Origin: Bdellovibrionales bacterium
GTDB taxonomy: Bacteria > Bdellovibrionota > Bdellovibrionia > Bdellovibrionales > JAGQZY01
Length of the DNA stretch: 64,000 nt
Direction: 5' to 3'
NCBI GenBank assembly: GCA_964230645.1
Contig: CAXRHT010000001.1
Coordinates: 64,001 to 128,000, forward strand
The translations under genes were made by a program, and so were the position numbers. Under the pieces are notes generated by a model. It ran no database searches and was not told the DNA's origin. It worked only from the letters and a program-made list of their open reading frames with translations. Below, one piece after another: positions 59,771 through 64,000 of the stretch. Each line of letters starts with the position of its first letter. Position 1 is the first letter of the stretch.

Positions 59771-61327
59771 GTGAGCCTACCCCACTCAATTGAAAATCAA
59801 AATTTCAACAAAGTGGATAGCCTCTTTCGAAAAGTCATCGCTGCTTTTGAAGGTGGTGATGCCCCCTTCTTTTCCCTTTCGCTCTCTACATTTCTTGTGA
59901 GTTTTACATTTTTACTAACTCTTCACACCTCTTTAAGCTCTTTTGCTATCAGCACTCTGACGGTTTTGACCTGGACAAGCTCTGTGGCTCTGATCTATTT
60001 ATCAACGAAATTGGGCTTACATTTCCTCCTTGGCTCCAGAGTGTTCTACGAGCAGTCAAAACGCTTCCTCTTCATATTTCTTAGTATTTTCGTGGCATTC
60101 CTGCTAACGCAACTTATGGTTCAAAATTACGTCTACGAGCCGATATTAAAATACACAAGTCCACTTTCAAGAGGAGACTACTTCCACTTCTTTTCGCCTC
60201 TTCTTATTTACTCCTTGATCCTAGCTGCTATACTCTATCGCATGAAAAATGTGAGCTCCGACCAAGAAGATGTCAAAAAATCCGACGCGACTTTCAGTCG
60301 CTTTTTTGACGATGAGAAAACCGAAAAAGTCACTCTGATTTCAACCGCCTTGATTCTGGGCCCTGGGATGGTTTTTCTCTTACATCAAAACCCCTATTGG
60401 CCGGCGACTCTACAAAGTCAGCTGACTATTGTTGTTTATCTGTCCACACTTTTTCTCTTTTTTAATCTCTATGAGCTTGGGGTGACCCAGGTCGCAACAC
60501 TAGTGATGGGCCGTAAACCGGCTCCCAATTTTTTGCTCGAATACTGCAAATTTTTTCTTACATTTATTTCAACCTCATTTATGATGTACGCTTTGGTGTA
60601 CATTCCTATTTTTCACTACAATCCGAATTTATCAGTGGGCATGTTTATTACCCCGCCTGCGATCTATTCGTTTTTAGCCGCGGCCATCTTTCATCGCTTC
60701 AAACAAATGAAAGATATCGCGTTAAAATCAAAGGTGGCCCAGGCTGAGGCGCAATACTCCTTACTTGAAAGCCAAATGCAGCCTCACTTTTTATTTAATT
60801 CGCTCAATGTTTTATCTGAGCTGATTTATGTGGACCCCGATCTCGCTAACTCAATGGCTCAGAAGATGGCTGATCTTTATCGAGAGATTCTCAATAACTC
60901 CAAGAACAACTTCTCCAACCTTGAGTCCGAAATTTCTATTCTTAAAAAATACGTGGAGATTCAGAAAATACGCTTTGGAGATCGCATCGACTTTTCAGTA
61001 GACGTCTCACCGGCTTTTTACAATTTACAAATTCCAAGCCTGATGCTGCAGACCCTGGTTGAAAATGCGATCAAACACGGCATCTCTCCTAAGCAAGAAG
61101 GTGGCGAGATTAGTCTTTCGGTCACAAAACAAGGCAATATGTTTGAAGTTTGTATTTCTAATACGGGCAACCTTTATAAGGGACACCAGGATTCCAAGCG
61201 CAGCACAGGGTTGCAAAACACCAAAAATCGTTTGGAACTTGCTTACGGTAGTAAAAACTCCTTTCAAATTTATTCTGATAATAAAAGAACCTATGTTAAA
61301 TTTTTCATTACAGGGAGGACCCCATGA
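59771..61327 (+). CDS. LytS/YehU-type sensor histidine kinase
   Basis: About 8 TMs; SQMQPHFLFNSLN, LQTLVENAIKHG and STGLQNTKNRL motifs. Confidence 0.93.
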   Translation: MSLPHSIENQNFNKVDSLFRKVIAAFEGGDAPFFSLSLSTFLVSFTFLLTLHTSLSSFAISTLTVLTWTSSVALIYLSTKLGLHFLLGSRVFYEQSKRFLFIFLSIFVAFLLTQLMVQNYVYEPILKYTSPLSRGDYFHFFSPLLIYSLILAAILYRMKNVSSDQEDVKKSDATFSRFFDDEKTEKVTLISTALILGPGMVFLLHQNPYWPATLQSQLTIVVYLSTLFLFFNLYELGVTQVATLVMGRKPAPNFLLEYCKFFLTFISTSFMMYALVYIPIFHYNPNLSVGMFITPPAIYSFLAAAIFHRFKQMKDIALKSKVAQAEAQYSLLESQMQPHFLFNSLNVLSELIYVDPDLANSMAQKMADLYREILNNSKNNFSNLESEISILKKYVEIQKIRFGDRIDFSVDVSPAFYNLQIPSLMLQTLVENAIKHGISPKQEGGEISLSVTKQGNMFEVCISNTGNLYKGHQDSKRSTGLQNTKNRLELAYGSKNSFQIYSDNKRTYVKFFITGRTP

Positions 61328-62058
61328 CAAAAATTTTAGTGGTCGACGACGAGCTTCTTAGCCGCAAAAAAATAAGACGCTTTATCGAACAACGTCCTGA
61401 AACATTCGATGTTTTAGAGGCTAGCAATGGTATCGAAGCTCTCAACCTGATCGAAACCGAAAATCCAGACATTGTGTTTCTTGATATCGAGATGCCAGAG
61501 ATGAACGGTATGGATCTGGTTCAAACTATTGGCACCCCCCATTTTAAATTAATTTTCCAGACCGCATACTCAGAATTCGCTGTCGAGGCTTTTGAGAAAA
61601 ATGCCCTTGATTATATTTTAAAACCCTTCAACCAAGAGCGCTTCAACCAGGCCCTCGACAAGGGGTTGCAAGGCACAACAGATTCAAAGCAACTCACGGG
61701 CCTGACTGACCAACTCAAACAAGACGAGGTCTACCTCACCAAAGTTGTGGTAAAAAGAGGAATGAAAAACACTCTTATTCCTGTTGAGGAAATTCTTTGG
61801 TTCAAAAGTGAAAATCATTACACCTATGTTTGCACCAAGGATTTTGAATACATTTATAGCGAACCTTTAAAGGATCTTATCGATAAACTGAACCCCAATC
61901 AGTTTATGCAAGTCCACCGCAATGCGATTGTGAATTCACAGTACATCAAGGACATTATCCAAGGGGACAATATGAAACTTGTCCTCGATAATGGTGCTGA
62001 GGTACAGGTATCACGATCGAACAAAAAGGTTATCAAAGAACGTATCCTACAACACTAG
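61324..62058 (+). CDS. LytTR family response regulator
   Basis: VDDE, FLDIEMP, TAYSEFAVEAFE...DYILKP, FMQVHRNAIVN and VSR motifs. Confidence 0.95.
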   Translation: MTKILVVDDELLSRKKIRRFIEQRPETFDVLEASNGIEALNLIETENPDIVFLDIEMPEMNGMDLVQTIGTPHFKLIFQTAYSEFAVEAFEKNALDYILKPFNQERFNQALDKGLQGTTDSKQLTGLTDQLKQDEVYLTKVVVKRGMKNTLIPVEEILWFKSENHYTYVCTKDFEYIYSEPLKDLIDKLNPNQFMQVHRNAIVNSQYIKDIIQGDNMKLVLDNGAEVQVSRSNKKVIKERILQH

Positions 62059-62069
62059 GATCCCTATCA

Positions 62070-63245
62070 TTATATTCGCGGAGGACTCTCTCGGTCCTCT
62101 GCTTCGATAAATTGTTTGCGATACTCACTGGGAGTTTTACCCACCATCTTTTTAAACCTAGCATTAAAAGAGGACTTGGAGTTGAATCCTGAAGACTGGG
62201 CAATCTCTAAAATCGTTTTGTTTTTGTCAGGATCCTGCCGCAATTGCCTTTTGGCCTCCCTGACTCGGTATTCTAAAACAAATTGATTGAAGTTTTTATC
62301 AAGCGAGAAACGAATCACTTGCGAAGCTAGATAGGCGGGAATCTTTAGAGTCTTGGCAAGATCATCAATACGAAGGTTAGGATTCAAATATAATTTTTTC
62401 TCACTCATAATCGATTCTAATTTTTGTCCTAGGATCATAAGCTTTTCTTCTTGTAAATCGGTATTGTTGAAGGACTCCGCTTTTCTTTTCTCCTGGACTT
62501 CTTCTGTGGATTCTTGACTCATTTGCAAAGCTTCTCTTGAAGCCAAGGTACACATCCGCAGGGCCTCAAAAATATTGGCTAGAAATAAAATGGGAATGTA
62601 GCACTCCACTGTGAAGGCTAAAATTAAGTACTCCATTGCCATCGTGATCAAATTAAAACTTAAACCAAAAATTAGAAAAATATCTTTTGAAGACTTTCGA
62701 AGCCGATTGAGAATGTAAAGACTTGTTAATCCATTGATGAGCGCAAAAATACTCAAAAAGGACATCACTAATTTTTGTGGCTTTCCAAGCCTTGCGCCAT
62801 AAGCATCGAGAAAATACCGCCCCGTAATATTTAGATCATCAGGGTCAAAATAGAGATGCTTATCAAAAACCAGGTAGGAAACAGCAGGGATCAACGCAAG
62901 GAGAGCTAAAGAAAGCATACTGCCTAGGTAAAACTTTTTTAATAGGCGGGGGATAACAATAAAAAAGCTTAAAGATTTCAAATAGAAGTAGTGGCAAAGA
63001 AACAAAACAAACTGTAAACCCACCACAAAAAAGCGGGTCAAATCTACTGAAAACTGCTCAGAATAAACGATGGTCACATTGACAGTAAAAATACTACTGA
63101 GAAAACAGAAATAGGCTAAGTTCTTCGACCTCTTAAACCCATGCTGTAAATAAATTTTGAGTTGACCGGCACTCAGTACTACAAGAATGAGAAAGCAAAA
63201 AAAACTCAGCCCCGGATAAATCACTTCAACAAATTTCATGAACAT
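62070..63245 (-). CDS. Membrane-anchored AraC family transcriptional regulator
   Basis: About 7 TMs then YLNPNL, NFNQFV..YRV and GFNSKSSFNARFKK.VGKTPSEYR. Confidence 0.9.
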   Translation of the reverse strand: MFMKFVEVIYPGLSFFCFLILVVLSAGQLKIYLQHGFKRSKNLAYFCFLSSIFTVNVTIVYSEQFSVDLTRFFVVGLQFVLFLCHYFYLKSLSFFIVIPRLLKKFYLGSMLSLALLALIPAVSYLVFDKHLYFDPDDLNITGRYFLDAYGARLGKPQKLVMSFLSIFALINGLTSLYILNRLRKSSKDIFLIFGLSFNLITMAMEYLILAFTVECYIPILFLANIFEALRMCTLASREALQMSQESTEEVQEKRKAESFNNTDLQEEKLMILGQKLESIMSEKKLYLNPNLRIDDLAKTLKIPAYLASQVIRFSLDKNFNQFVLEYRVREAKRQLRQDPDKNKTILEIAQSSGFNSKSSFNARFKKMVGKTPSEYRKQFIEAEDRESPPRI

Positions 63246-64000
63246 TTCTTATCTCGATATTGACTGGGGGTAAGACCCACTATTTTTTTAAAGGCCGTAT
63301 TAAAAGAGGACTTCGTATTAAAACCCGATTCAAAGGCTATATCCATAATTTTAACACCTTTGTATTTCTCGCTCCTCAGTTTCTTTTTAACCTCTTCAAT
63401 ACGATACTCAGAAAGCCATGTGAAGAAGTTCTTATCAAGACCGAATCGAATCGCTTGGGACACCAAATAGCTGGGAACTCGAGCCTTCAAGGCGACATCC
63501 TCTAGTTTTAAATTGGGATCAAGGTAGAGCTTTTTCTTTTCCATCAGTCGTGTGAGTTGCTCTTTTATTTGCGAGAGTCTTTTTTGATCAAGAGTCTGAT
63601 CCTGTTTGGATTGAGTGGTTTCAATATCTTCTTCATTGTGTCTAGCAAGAACAGCTTCCCTGGAAGCTAAAGAGGTCATACGAAAGGCTTCAAATATATT
63701 CGACAAATAAAGCATTGGAACATAGTAAGCCACACTCAGAGGCAAAACCAAAAATTCCATCCCACTGGCCAAAACATTAAAAAGGAGGCCCGCAATGAGA
63801 AAGATGTCTTGGGAGGATTGATACAGTCTTAAGAGGAGCAAAAGACTAAAGGAAATATGAACAAAGCTAAAAAGACTGAGTCCAACCAATGGTATTGTGT
63901 AGGGGTCTCCTAGTCTCGTCAAATAGGCATCGGAAAAAAAACGACCGGTCACCTTGATGGCATCCGGGTTGAAAAATAAAGGTTCATTGAAGAATATAAA
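63236..64000 (-). CDS. Membrane-anchored AraC family regulator, paralogue, partial (starts beyond the window)
   Basis: Frame open from 64000 (FIFFNEPLFFNPDAIKVTGRFFSDAY); GFNTKSSFNTAFKKIVGLTPSQYR. Confidence 0.88.
   Translation of the reverse strand, partial: FIFFNEPLFFNPDAIKVTGRFFSDAYLTRLGDPYTIPLVGLSLFSFVHISFSLLLLLRLYQSSQDIFLIAGLLFNVLASGMEFLVLPLSVAYYVPMLYLSNIFEAFRMTSLASREAVLARHNEEDIETTQSKQDQTLDQKRLSQIKEQLTRLMEKKKLYLDPNLKLEDVALKARVPSYLVSQAIRFGLDKNFFTWLSEYRIEEVKKKLRSEKYKGVKIMDIAFESGFNTKSSFNTAFKKIVGLTPSQYRDKKCS

Overview
A 64-kb chromosomal window, most likely from a predatory Bdellovibrionota bacterium. This is inferred from a TIGR04552-type protein, many orphan secreted proteins and lipoproteins with (Y/F)xNC-type lipoboxes, and ScpA/ScpB with long acidic tails. 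Housekeeping content: srkA, terC, sua5/tsaC, yceD, gpmA, psd, nnr, scpAB with an M50 protease, hflX and maeB. There is also a large fatty-acid/branched acyl-CoA catabolic set (FadL-like porin, acyl-CoA dehydrogenase, hbd-crt-icmF, fadI-fadJ), a LytS/LytTR pair and two tandem membrane-anchored AraC regulators. No rRNA, tRNA, CRISPR array, transposase or prophage genes were recognised. Most interesting signals: (1) a candidate sigma54-driven four-gene envelope operon (lipoprotein, Tat-exported DUF1501-like protein, DUF1549/1588/1585-like CxxCH lipoprotein, cytochrome c lipoprotein) beside an S8 protease with four Cys-paired repeats; (2) a goose-type lysozyme with SH3 domains plus a membrane-anchored partner gene; (3) a 1377-bp cargo-gene insertion bracketed by inverted REPs and a duplicated promoter and gene start; (4) REP doublets with 17/25-nt terminal stutter arrays; (5) an unannotated 17-aa peptide gene with a perfect Shine-Dalgarno; (6) a probable ATT start codon for hflX; (7) a GGA-rich small RNA or leader upstream of gpmA; (8) a recurring 17-bp palindrome near sigma54/sigma28-type promoters. 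All family assignments come from motif recognition by eye, not from database searches.
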